Shown piece by piece: positions 10,950-19,769 of a DNA stretch of 41,362 bases. Origin of the DNA: an uncultured Bacilli bacterium (GTDB lineage: Bacteria; Bacillota_I; Bacilli_A; RF39; UBA660); assembly GCA_944358435.1 (NCBI GenBank), contig CALVRD010000003.1:1-41362 (forward strand), written 5' to 3'. Numbering within the stretch: position 1 is the first letter of the stretch; every line of letters starts with the position of its first letter. Below the pieces are notes generated by a model. That model saw only the letters and a program-made list of their open reading frames with translations. It ran no database searches and had not been told where the DNA came from. The position numbers and the translations under genes were made by a program.

Positions 10950-12005
10950 GTGAAAAGCTCAAGAATACATTTTATTGATGTTGCAAAAGCAATAGCTATA
11001 TTCTATATAGCACTAGGTCACGCTTTAGTTCATTCTCAGAATTCTACAATTATATTGCAATTTGTTTGTAGTTTCCATGTGGTTTTATTTTTTGTTTTAT
11101 CTGGATATACCTTTAGAATTAATAATGAAGAAACTTTTTTTAATTTTTTCAAAAATAAATTTATTAGAATAATGATTCCATATTTTTGCTGGGCAATACT
11201 TTTTTTAATACCTTATATGATATTTGGAAAGAGTGTTGGACAATCATTGGGAACAAATCAATCATTCGATTTATTAAACCAGATATTTAACATATTATAT
11301 GGAAATGGAAATGATGCTGCTCTAAAACAGAATAGTTCCCTATGGTTTTTACCTGCATTATTTACAATTGAAATATTTTATTATTTAGTTATTAAATATA
11401 CAAAAGGAAATATTAAAAAAGAATCATGGACAATAATAATATTATTTTGTTTAGGATTTATATCTAGTAAGTATTTAAAAATAATTTTACCAATAGGAAT
11501 AAATACTATGCTAAATGTTGGAATATTTTTTATAATTGGTTATTTATTAAAAGAGCGTGATTTGTTAAAAAAAATAAATGTCTTTGAAACAATAGTGTTG
11601 CTTTTAATAGGATTAGTTGCTTGTTATGAAAACAAAATACATTTATCATACATAGACTTTTATTATGGCAATTACATCTTTATGTTATTATCTGGTCTAT
11701 GTTTATCATTATTTACACTTAAGATTGCTGAACGTATTGGTAAAAATAAAGTATTAGAATATATAGGAAAAAATACTATGGGAATATTGATATTTCATAA
11801 AATTGTTATAATTATTTTTCAAACTAAATTAGGTGTGATTTCTAACTTACTATATAAGAGTAGTTGTAGTATAGAATTATTTATAGCTATAATATCTATA
11901 ATTATAAGTTTTTTTGTCTCACTTATTGGTACAGAAATCATCAGAAAAATTTGCCCTTTTTTAATAGGAGAAAAGCCTAAAAAAATAACAAATAAAATAA
12001 TTTAA
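10950..12005 (+). CDS. Acyltransferase family 3 (polysaccharide O-acetylase)
   Basis: R..FID.AK, GH, FH..LFF.LSGY, R.MIPY, LWFL..LF. Confidence 0.9.
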   Translation: MKSSRIHFIDVAKAIAIFYIALGHALVHSQNSTIILQFVCSFHVVLFFVLSGYTFRINNEETFFNFFKNKFIRIMIPYFCWAILFLIPYMIFGKSVGQSLGTNQSFDLLNQIFNILYGNGNDAALKQNSSLWFLPALFTIEIFYYLVIKYTKGNIKKESWTIIILFCLGFISSKYLKIILPIGINTMLNVGIFFIIGYLLKERDLLKKINVFETIVLLLIGLVACYENKIHLSYIDFYYGNYIFMLLSGLCLSLFTLKIAERIGKNKVLEYIGKNTMGILIFHKIVIIIFQTKLGVISNLLYKSSCSIELFIAIISIIISFFVSLIGTEIIRKICPFLIGEKPKKITNKII

Positions 12006-12043
12006 ATAAGTGAATTTTAATTATAAAAACTATTATATGAGGA

Positions 12044-13462
12044 GTGAAACTTATGAAAAAGAAAATTATTTGCAATATTATTAGTATTTCTTCAATAATT
12101 GCAATTATTGTACTATCTTGTTTACTATTTTCCATTAATATAATTTCATATAAATATTTATTGATTATATATAGTACTATATTTTTAATAAATATTATAG
12201 GGATTATTTTTACTAATATAAATATCAAAGGTTTAAGAACGCTTGGAATTATTATATTGATTATAATTATAATAGGAAGTTCTATTGGTAGTTATTATCT
12301 CATTACTACTAATAAATTTTTAGATAATTCTTTTAATAATAATGAAATTGTTTATACTAATACTTTTTATGTAGTTACAAATAATGATAATAATTATGAT
12401 AAGAGTAATATTAAAAATGAGATATCTTATTATAAAGATACTACTGATATCGATGATGCTTTAAACTATTTAAAGAAGAATTATAAAATTAAAGATAAAT
12501 TATATGAAGATATTGGAAATATGTTTTATGATCTAAAAGATAATAATATTAAGTTTATGTTAGTAGAAAAATCTTCTTATGATATAGTTTTTAATTTAGA
12601 TAGTAGTTTAAATAAAGATGATTTTAAAGTAATTGATCAGTTTGATATTAAAAAGAAGAAAGAGAATAAACCTTCTTCTATTAAAGATAGTTTTAATATT
12701 TATATTGGTGGTAATGATTTTACTAATAGTTTAATGGATTTTAATATGATTGTTTCTGTTAATATGAAGAAACATCAAATACTTTTAACAAGTATTCCTA
12801 GAGATTATTATGTAGAAGTAGCTGGGAAAGATGGCAGAAGAGATACTTTAAGTTATATGGGACCATATGGTATTGAAACTAGTGTTTCATCTTTAGAAAA
12901 TTTATTTGGTATTGAAATAGATTATTATGTAAAAGTTAATACTGAAAGTTTAGTTGAGCTAGTTGATAAGATTGGTGGTATAACATATTGTTCTGATATT
13001 GCATTTACAACTACCCATGCTCTTGTTTTAAATACATATAATGATTATGGTAAAAAATTATATGTAAAAAAAGGTTGCCAAGAGTTAAATGGTATTGAGA
13101 CTTTAACTGTAGCAAGGGAGAGAATGGCTTTTCCTGGAAGAGATAGAGTTAGACAAGAAAACTGTCGTAAAATTATTATTGCTATATTTGAAAAACTAAA
13201 AAGTACTAATACAATTTTAATATATAATCAAATGCTTGATTCATTAAGTAATATGTATGTTACTACTATTCCTAGAGAGATTATTAGTAATTTTGCTAAA
13301 GAGACATTAAATGGAGCTAAATGGCAAATTTTAGAACAATCAGTAAATGGTTCAGATGATATAGATTATGTTCATTTAACTAATTTAAAAGATTGGGTAA
13401 TGTATCCTGATATGAATACTGTAGTTAATGCCAAGGGCAAGATAGAAGAAGTTTTAAAATAA
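12044..13462 (+). CDS. LCP (LytR-CpsA-Psr) polysaccharide-to-wall ligase
   Basis: N-terminal TMs, LTSIPRD.YV, LVD.IGGI, ARER, GRD.VRQEN. Confidence 0.9.
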   Translation: MKLMKKKIICNIISISSIIAIIVLSCLLFSINIISYKYLLIIYSTIFLINIIGIIFTNINIKGLRTLGIIILIIIIIGSSIGSYYLITTNKFLDNSFNNNEIVYTNTFYVVTNNDNNYDKSNIKNEISYYKDTTDIDDALNYLKKNYKIKDKLYEDIGNMFYDLKDNNIKFMLVEKSSYDIVFNLDSSLNKDDFKVIDQFDIKKKKENKPSSIKDSFNIYIGGNDFTNSLMDFNMIVSVNMKKHQILLTSIPRDYYVEVAGKDGRRDTLSYMGPYGIETSVSSLENLFGIEIDYYVKVNTESLVELVDKIGGITYCSDIAFTTTHALVLNTYNDYGKKLYVKKGCQELNGIETLTVARERMAFPGRDRVRQENCRKIIIAIFEKLKSTNTILIYNQMLDSLSNMYVTTIPREIISNFAKETLNGAKWQILEQSVNGSDDIDYVHLTNLKDWVMYPDMNTVVNAKGKIEEVLK

Positions 13463-13468
13463 TTTCTT
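13352..13468 (+). repeat. Copy 1 of a 117-bp direct repeat (3' end of the LCP gene)
   Basis: Ungapped match to 14829-14945 with 9 mismatches counted by eye. Confidence 0.9.
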
Positions 13469-13521
13469 CTTTTTTTGTTGTATATCAAAGAAAAGTAATT
13501 ATAATAGTAACTGGTGGTTTT

Positions 13522-14757
13522 ATGTTGGAAATAATTGGTAATATATTTAATAATATTTATATTATGCTATTTATAGCTATATTATATTTTTTACTTTCTA
13601 AGTTAAATGTAGATAAGAGAAATATTGATAGGAAAATATCTATTTTGAATACTTTTTTGTTTATTTTAATGTTTACAGATGTAAATATGATAATAATATA
13701 TTTTTTGTATTTGGCAAGTACTTTTATGTATTTAGAAATTATAACTTTAGAGAAATTTGAAAAAGAATTAATAAAAGAACCTAAATTTTTACTATTAGAT
13801 TATTTATATAAGATGATTATAAATTATGGGGCTTTGTACATGTTTTTTAGTTATCTATTTTATAAATGTTTTAAATTACCTTTTATATTAAAATTATTAA
13901 TATCTTTTTATTTAGCGTTTAAAGGAATTATTGCTTCACTAAATAATGATTTTGAGACATATAGTTTTAATGAAATATATGAGAAAGTTAATTCAGTAAT
14001 GAAATTTAATATGTTTAATATTAATTATAAATTGGAAATGTTTTCTAATATGCTATTATATAAAGAAGATAAAAGTTATTTTATAAGAGAAAATAGCTAC
14101 AATTTACTGAGTTTAGAATTTTTATATTATAGATTAAAAAGATGTTATGATAATTATAAATATAATAGTAAATTGTCTAAATTTCGTAAAATTATATTAT
14201 TATTTAGAGATGTTTGTATACATACTTTTAGGTTTATTTATATAAATGTTAAGAAGTTATTTAAATATTTTTATTTTAAAATTAGAAATAAATTTTCTTT
14301 TAAGAAAAAATATATAAAATTAACAAGAGGGTATTCTACTATAGAAATGCAATTAATTAGAACTTTGGCAGTTAAAGATGGTTATAATAAATATCCAATT
14401 AAAAGGAAAATATTTGAATTAATTTATTCTTATATTTTCTTCAATTGCTTAAATGAATATTATAGATATATTGGGTATATGTCATATTTTGATGATAATT
14501 CTAAATTTAAATATTATTTAATTTATTTATATATATATTTTGCTCCTGTAAAGATTAATGGCAAGATGTATAATAATATTTTTGAATTATATAATAAAGA
14601 GTCATTATATGATATTTCATATGAAGAATTTTTTGTATGGACATTAGGTTTGTCTTTCAAACCTATAGATTATGATATTATTGGTTATAAAACTGTTGAA
14701 TGGGCAGGATTAGATAAAAAAGAACTTTTATTAATAGTAGATAAATTCCAAAATTAA
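13522..14757 (+). CDS. Membrane protein with a divergent GT51 (peptidoglycan transglycosylase)-like domain
   Basis: N-terminal TMs, then KEDKSYF (motif 1 ED), GYSTIEMQLIR (motif 2 GxSTxxxQ), RKIFE (motif 3 RKxxE), K.YLIYLY (motif 4-like). Confidence 0.6.
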   Translation: MLEIIGNIFNNIYIMLFIAILYFLLSKLNVDKRNIDRKISILNTFLFILMFTDVNMIIIYFLYLASTFMYLEIITLEKFEKELIKEPKFLLLDYLYKMIINYGALYMFFSYLFYKCFKLPFILKLLISFYLAFKGIIASLNNDFETYSFNEIYEKVNSVMKFNMFNINYKLEMFSNMLLYKEDKSYFIRENSYNLLSLEFLYYRLKRCYDNYKYNSKLSKFRKIILLFRDVCIHTFRFIYINVKKLFKYFYFKIRNKFSFKKKYIKLTRGYSTIEMQLIRTLAVKDGYNKYPIKRKIFELIYSYIFFNCLNEYYRYIGYMSYFDDNSKFKYYLIYLYIYFAPVKINGKMYNNIFELYNKESLYDISYEEFFVWTLGLSFKPIDYDIIGYKTVEWAGLDKKELLLIVDKFQN

Positions 14758-14828
14758 TTTTAATATAGTTATTTTAATGATGATATTGATATTTTAATAT
14801 ATATTCTTATTGAGACAAAATGGACGAA

Positions 14829-14945
14829 TCAGATGGTATAGATTATGTTTGTTTAACTAATTTAAAAGATTGGGTAATGTATCTTGATATGGATACTTTA
14901 GTTAATGCCAAAGGTAAGATAGAAAAAGTTTTAAAATAATTTCTT
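14829..14945 (+). repeat. Copy 2 of the direct repeat: orphan fragment of the LCP 3' end
   Basis: Encodes SDGIDYVCLTNLKDWVMYLDMDTLVNAKGKIEKVLK* versus SDDIDYVHLTNLKDWVMYPDMNTVVNAKGKIEEVLK*. Confidence 0.9.
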
Positions 14946-15047
14946 TTTTGGTTTTTTATATAATTCATATGATTAGTTATAGTTATTGTTAATATTTAGT
15001 ATTAAAATGTAACTTTTGATGGTATAAAAAATATAGATTAAGAATAA

Positions 15048-15532
15048 AATGAATATTATCTAGCAAGAGAATTACAAAAAGAGCTAGAGTATAAAGATTG
15101 GAGAAATTTTGAAAAAGTAAAAAATAAAACAATTATAGCAGCAAAAAAATAGTATCAAATCAGAAGAAAATTGGATTGTTAAAGTCAACACTCTAATTAA
15201 AATTATAAACTATCAAGATACATATGTTATTTAATTGTACAAAATGATGATCCAAGCAAAGAAGTTTTTGTATTAGGTTAAACATATTTTGCTATTCAAA
15301 CAAGAAATAACCGAAAAAGAATATGAATTGCTTACTGAAGATGAGAAGAGATTTTATTAAGGAAGTTTAACTAAAAAAGAAAATTTTTTGTTTAATCAAA
15401 CTTCAAAGAAAGCTAGAGTTAAAAATTTTGATAAATTTCATAATGCTGGATATAAGGATTCGTATAATAGAGAAACAGCTAATTTATTTTGCATTACACA
15501 AACTGAATCAAAGTTAAAAAGAGATAATATTT
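15048..15532 (+). pseudogene. dinD: Degraded DNA-damage-inducible protein D
   Basis: Fragments LARELQKELEYKDWRNFEKV, YKLSRYICYLIVQNDDPSKE..LG*TYFAIQTR, FDKFHNAGYK, TQTESKLKRDNI; in-frame stops (e.g. 15279-15281), frameshifts and deletions. Confidence 0.85.
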
Positions 15533-15914
15533 AAATTAAAGTAAATATAGATCTACTTTCTTTGTAAGACTAGTAAGTAGTATGATGGTATTTATGAGAA
15601 TGCTTATTGGTAATTTTATTTTTAATTCTATTTTGTTTTTTTGATGGCAAACTAGTTAGCGATGATTGAAACGGTATTAAAAAAGATTAATCTTAGAAGT
15701 TTGTATTTTTGATTAAAATATTAATTGAAATTTAATTTTTTGTTTAGGGAAAATGGTATTTGTACTGGTTTTCTTTTTTTATTTTGCAAATACTTGTTTT
15801 TGCATATAACAAATTTTTTTGATATTTTTAATTTGTTGTTATTTTTTTGGATTAATATACTATACTAAAAATAGAGTAGAGTATAGTTAATAAAAAGAAA
15901 AGAAAGGAGTAGAA

Positions 15915-16013
15915 ATGGCTGTAATTATATTAGGTAGTATATTATTAATAATTATTGTATTTTTGTTTTGTTCGTTGAGATTAGCAAGCTTATGTGATAG
16001 AAATGATGATTAA
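15915..16013 (+). CDS. Small 32-aa single-TM protein (absent from the ORF track)
   Basis: Strong SD AGAAAGGAG; MAVIILGSILLIIIVFLFCSLRLASLCDRNDD*; followed by a terminator. Confidence 0.65.
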   Translation: MAVIILGSILLIIIVFLFCSLRLASLCDRNDD

Positions 16014-16055
16014 TTTTAAAAATTAGAAAATATTAGTAAATTTTAATTAATAATT

Positions 16056-16081
16056 AGGAACGACTTAGGTCGTTTCTTTTT
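16056..16081 (+). terminator. Intrinsic terminator
   Basis: AGGAACGAC-ttag-GTCGTTTCT followed by a T tract. Confidence 0.7.
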
Positions 16082-16156
16082 GGAAATTTTTTGCTGATAT
16101 ATATTTTTTTATGTAGGTAAAAATATTAATGTAGATTGTTTAAGTGAGGTGATTTT

Positions 16157-17137
16157 TTGAAAATTAAAAGCAAACTACATTTGTTTTTTTTATCTCTTCT
16201 TCTTATTATTCCCATTAATTGTTTTGCTTATTCTAATTATGTAATTCCGGGAGGAGAAACAATTGGGATTGAGGTTAATTCTAAAGGCGTTTTAGTAGTT
16301 GGATTTTATAAAGTAAATGATAATTATATTGGACGTGATGCTGGTTTTGAAGTAGGAGATATAATTATTAAGATTAATGATTCTTTAGTTACTGATATTA
16401 ATTCTATGGTCTCTATTGTTTCTAATTCGTCTTCTCCAGCTAAGTTTACTGTTTCTAGGGATAATAAGTTAGTTGATATTAATTTATCTTTAGATAGGGA
16501 TTCTAATGGTGTTTTAAAGACTGGTTTATATGTTAAGGATAAAATTAATGGTATTGGAACTTTAACATATATAGATCCTAAAAGTAAAGTTTTTGGAGCT
16601 TTAGGACATGAAATAATTGAAAATACTACTATTTCTAAATTTGAAATTAAAGGTGGTATTATCTATAATGCTAATGTAAGTAGTATTGTAAAGAGTAGAA
16701 ATGGTAAAGCTGGAGAGAAAAATGCAACATATGATAAAACTAATATTAAAGGGACAATAGATTCTAATGAAGTTCCTGGTATATTTGGAATTTATTCTGA
16801 TAGTTTAAATGGTCTTTCAACTATTGAAGTGGCAAAAGTGGATGAAATAAAAACAGGAGAAGCTATTATTAGAACTGTTATTTCGGGATCTAAAGTAGAA
16901 GACTTTACAATTAATATTTTACATATAGATACTAATAGTAAGACTAAAAATATATTATTTGAGGTAACTGATAAAGAATTAATTAATAAAACAGGAGGAA
17001 TAGTTCAAGGAATGAGTGGATCTCCAATAATTCAAAATAATAAAATTATTGGAGCAGTCAACTATGTTATAGTAAATGATACTACTAAAGGATATGGAAT
17101 ATTTATAACTACTATGTTAGAAGAAGGGGATAAGTAA
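16157..17137 (+). CDS. spoIVB: SpoIVB serine peptidase (S55, PDZ domain)
   Basis: PGG.TIG, GIGTLTY, GALGH, GGIVQGMSGSPIIQN.K.IGAV. Confidence 0.93.
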   Translation: MKIKSKLHLFFLSLLLIIPINCFAYSNYVIPGGETIGIEVNSKGVLVVGFYKVNDNYIGRDAGFEVGDIIIKINDSLVTDINSMVSIVSNSSSPAKFTVSRDNKLVDINLSLDRDSNGVLKTGLYVKDKINGIGTLTYIDPKSKVFGALGHEIIENTTISKFEIKGGIIYNANVSSIVKSRNGKAGEKNATYDKTNIKGTIDSNEVPGIFGIYSDSLNGLSTIEVAKVDEIKTGEAIIRTVISGSKVEDFTINILHIDTNSKTKNILFEVTDKELINKTGGIVQGMSGSPIIQNNKIIGAVNYVIVNDTTKGYGIFITTMLEEGDK

Positions 17138-17162
17138 AGAGGAGATTTTTCCTCTTTTTTTG
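17136..17162 (+). terminator. Intrinsic terminator
   Basis: AAAGAGGA...TCCTCTTT plus T run. Confidence 0.7.
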
Positions 17163-17215
17163 TTCAAATTAATTAATTATTGTGTTATACTTTTTAAGGT
17201 AGAGGTGGTATTTAT

Positions 17216-17530
17216 ATGTATATAGATTTAGTAGTATTAATTATTTTGATTTTAGTAGTAGTAATGTTTTTTAAAAGATTTTCATCATTTGTATTCTTTA
17301 TGGCTATAGTAGATATATTCTTAAGAATAATGACTTTTATTAAGTATAATATTGAATTAAAAGATATAACTTATATAATTGATAAATATTTACCTGAAAG
17401 TATTTTTGATATTATACATAAGTATACTAATGGTATAGTTAGTACAATATTAGATTGGTGTTTTGTAGTTATTATGATAATATTCTTATCATATATAATT
17501 AAAATATTTTTAAAAAAGAAAAAAATATAG
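17216..17530 (+). CDS. Hypothetical membrane protein (104 aa)
   Basis: SD GAGGTGG, 2-3 hydrophobic segments, basic tail. Confidence 0.75.
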   Translation: MYIDLVVLIILILVVVMFFKRFSSFVFFMAIVDIFLRIMTFIKYNIELKDITYIIDKYLPESIFDIIHKYTNGIVSTILDWCFVVIMIIFLSYIIKIFLKKKKI

Positions 17531-17540
17531 TTATTACTTT

Positions 17541-17565
17541 AAAACGACATATAAGTCGTTTTTTT
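17541..17565 (+). terminator. Hairpin / intrinsic terminator
   Basis: AAAACGAC-atataa-GTCGTTTT plus T run. Confidence 0.6.
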
Positions 17566-17592
17566 ATATGTATAGTGATTATGGTGATATAT

Positions 17593-18363
17593 ATGAAGAT
17601 ATATTTAGATTTAGTAATTTTACTTAATTTTTTCTTTGATTTTATATTACTATATGGAACTAGTAAAATATTAAAACATGTAATACGACTGAGAAGATTA
17701 TTATTAGGCAGTTTAGTAGCAGCTACTTCGGTATTTTTATTATTTATAGAGTTAAATTCTTTTACTTTATTTATATTAAAATTTGTTATAAGTATTTTTA
17801 TTATTTTGGTTACTTTTGGGAAGAAGAATTTTATTAAAAATATTAGTTATTTTTATTTAATTAGTATTATATTAGGTGGGAGTTTATATTTACTTAATAT
17901 TAGTTTTAATTATAAGAATAAGGGAATATTATTTATTAATAATGGTCTTTCTATTAATTTACTTTTAATGATTATAGTTAGTCCAATTATTATATTTTTA
18001 TATGTAAAAGAAAATATTTTATATAAGAATACTTATGGTAATATTTATGAAGTTATTATAAATATAAAGGGGAAAAAGTATAAGTTAAAGGGGATGATCG
18101 ATACTGGTAATCAATTAGTAGATCCTTATAAGAAGAGATGTGTTATTTTAGTTAATAATAATATTGATATTAATAGTAATGATTTTTTATTTGTTCCATA
18201 TAAGGCACTTAATACAACGGGATTAATTAAGTGTTTTAAACCTACTAGTGTTTTTGCTGGTGGAGTAGAATTTAAGGATTGTTTAATTGGGGTTAGTAGG
18301 GATAAGTTTAGTCTTAATGATATTGATTGTATATTACCAAATAAATTTAAGGAGAGTTTATGA
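17593..18363 (+). CDS. spoIIGA: Pro-sigma-E processing aspartic peptidase
   Basis: IYLD...LLNF..D, five TMs, catalytic DTGN.L.DP, overlaps sigE. Confidence 0.92.
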   Translation: MKIYLDLVILLNFFFDFILLYGTSKILKHVIRLRRLLLGSLVAATSVFLLFIELNSFTLFILKFVISIFIILVTFGKKNFIKNISYFYLISIILGGSLYLLNISFNYKNKGILFINNGLSINLLLMIIVSPIIIFLYVKENILYKNTYGNIYEVIINIKGKKYKLKGMIDTGNQLVDPYKKRCVILVNNNIDINSNDFLFVPYKALNTTGLIKCFKPTSVFAGGVEFKDCLIGVSRDKFSLNDIDCILPNKFKESL

Positions 18364-19052
18364 AGAGAATATTTGAATTTATTAAGAAGTTATTTATAAG
18401 AGTAACTAGTATTTTTTATGTTGGAGCTACTGATATGCTCCCTGAGCCTTTATCTAAGGAAATGGAAGATTATTATGTACAACTTAAGGATGATGGCGAT
18501 TTAAAGGCTAAAGATATACTTATTGAACATAATTTGAGATTAGTTGTTTTTTTAGCTAAGAAGTATGAGAATACAGGGGTTGATTTGGAGGATTTAGTTA
18601 GTATTGGGACTATTGGTTTAATTAAGGGTATTAATACTTTTAGTCGTGATAAAAATATTAAGCTTGCAACATATGCTTCAAGATGTATTGATAATGAAAT
18701 ATTAATGTATTTAAGAAAGAATAAAAAGATTAAAACAGAAGTTAGTATTGATGCATCTTTATCTTTGGATGGAGAAGGAAATGAGTTACATCTTGAAGAT
18801 GTTTTAGGAACTGATCCGGATATTGTGACAAGAGGAATTGAAGAAGAGACGGAACGTAATTTAATGATAAATGAAGTTATGAGGCTTAAACCTAGAGATA
18901 GAGATATTATGATATTAAGGTATGGACTTATGGGACATGATGAACTTACGCAAAAGGAAGTTGCGGAAAAGTTAGGAATATCGCAGTCTTATATTTCAAG
19001 AATTGAAAAGAAGGTGATTAAAAGATTAAAAATGCTTGTTAATTGCAGCTAG
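18360..19052 (+). CDS. sigE: Sporulation sigma factor pro-sigma-E
   Basis: YVG.TD.LP.PL, LIEHNLRLVV..AKK.ENTG, KLATYASRCI.NEILMYLR, GISQSYISR.EK; directly after spoIIGA. Confidence 0.93.
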   Translation: MKRIFEFIKKLFIRVTSIFYVGATDMLPEPLSKEMEDYYVQLKDDGDLKAKDILIEHNLRLVVFLAKKYENTGVDLEDLVSIGTIGLIKGINTFSRDKNIKLATYASRCIDNEILMYLRKNKKIKTEVSIDASLSLDGEGNELHLEDVLGTDPDIVTRGIEEETERNLMINEVMRLKPRDRDIMILRYGLMGHDELTQKEVAEKLGISQSYISRIEKKVIKRLKMLVNCS

Positions 19053-19084
19053 ATTTTATATAATTTCTTTAGGATGTGAGAATT

Positions 19085-19675
19085 ATGGCTAAGTTATATT
19101 TTAGATATGGAGCTATGAATAGTGGTAAAACAGCACTTTTACTGCAAGCAGCTCATAATTATGAAGAAAGGGGAATGGAAGTTTTAATTTTAAAACCTAA
19201 AGTTGATTCTAAAGGTGATGATCATTTGATTTCTAGAATTGGTTTAGAGAGAAAAGTTGATCATTTGGTATCGCCAGGAGAAGATATTTATGATTATATT
19301 GTGGATTATACTAGAGATATTAAATGTGTATTTGTTGATGAGGCTCAATTTTTAGAAAGAGAACAAGTTGATCAATTGATGATGGCAGTAGTTGGTTTAA
19401 ATATACCAGTTATTTGTTATGGATTAAGAAGTGACTTTAAGACAAATGGCTTTCCAGGATCAACTCGTCTATTGGAAATTGCTCATACAATTGAAGAAAT
19501 GAAGACAATTTGCAGTTGTGGACGTAAGGCTATGTTTAATGGTAGAAAGATTAATGGAGAATTTACTTTTGAAGGGGAGCAAGTGGCAATAGATGGAGAA
19601 AATAAGGTAGAATATGAATCGTTATGTCCGAGTTGTTACTACGTTAAAGTAAAAAAAATTGATAATAGGAGATAG
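19085..19675 (+). CDS. tdk: Thymidine kinase
   Basis: YGAMNSGKT, SRIG, VDEAQF, YGLRSDF, zinc CxC...CxxC. Confidence 0.96.
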   Translation: MAKLYFRYGAMNSGKTALLLQAAHNYEERGMEVLILKPKVDSKGDDHLISRIGLERKVDHLVSPGEDIYDYIVDYTRDIKCVFVDEAQFLEREQVDQLMMAVVGLNIPVICYGLRSDFKTNGFPGSTRLLEIAHTIEEMKTICSCGRKAMFNGRKINGEFTFEGEQVAIDGENKVEYESLCPSCYYVKVKKIDNRR

Positions 19676-19769
19676 TACTTCCATTTTTTCCTTTGATAAT
19701 TTCTTTGGCTATATTTACATTATATAAGAGTTGTAATATAATATTTACTGGTTTATGAGGAGTTTATTT

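Noticed and set aside
1193-12228. Short minus-strand ORFs inside the capsule genes (1193, 2219, 3872, 4653, 5752, 10258, 11977)
   Set aside because: Antisense shadows of well-supported genes with no recognisable motifs
15540-15850. T-rich non-coding stretch as a gene remnant or ncRNA
   Set aside because: No recognisable peptide, repeat or stable structure by eye
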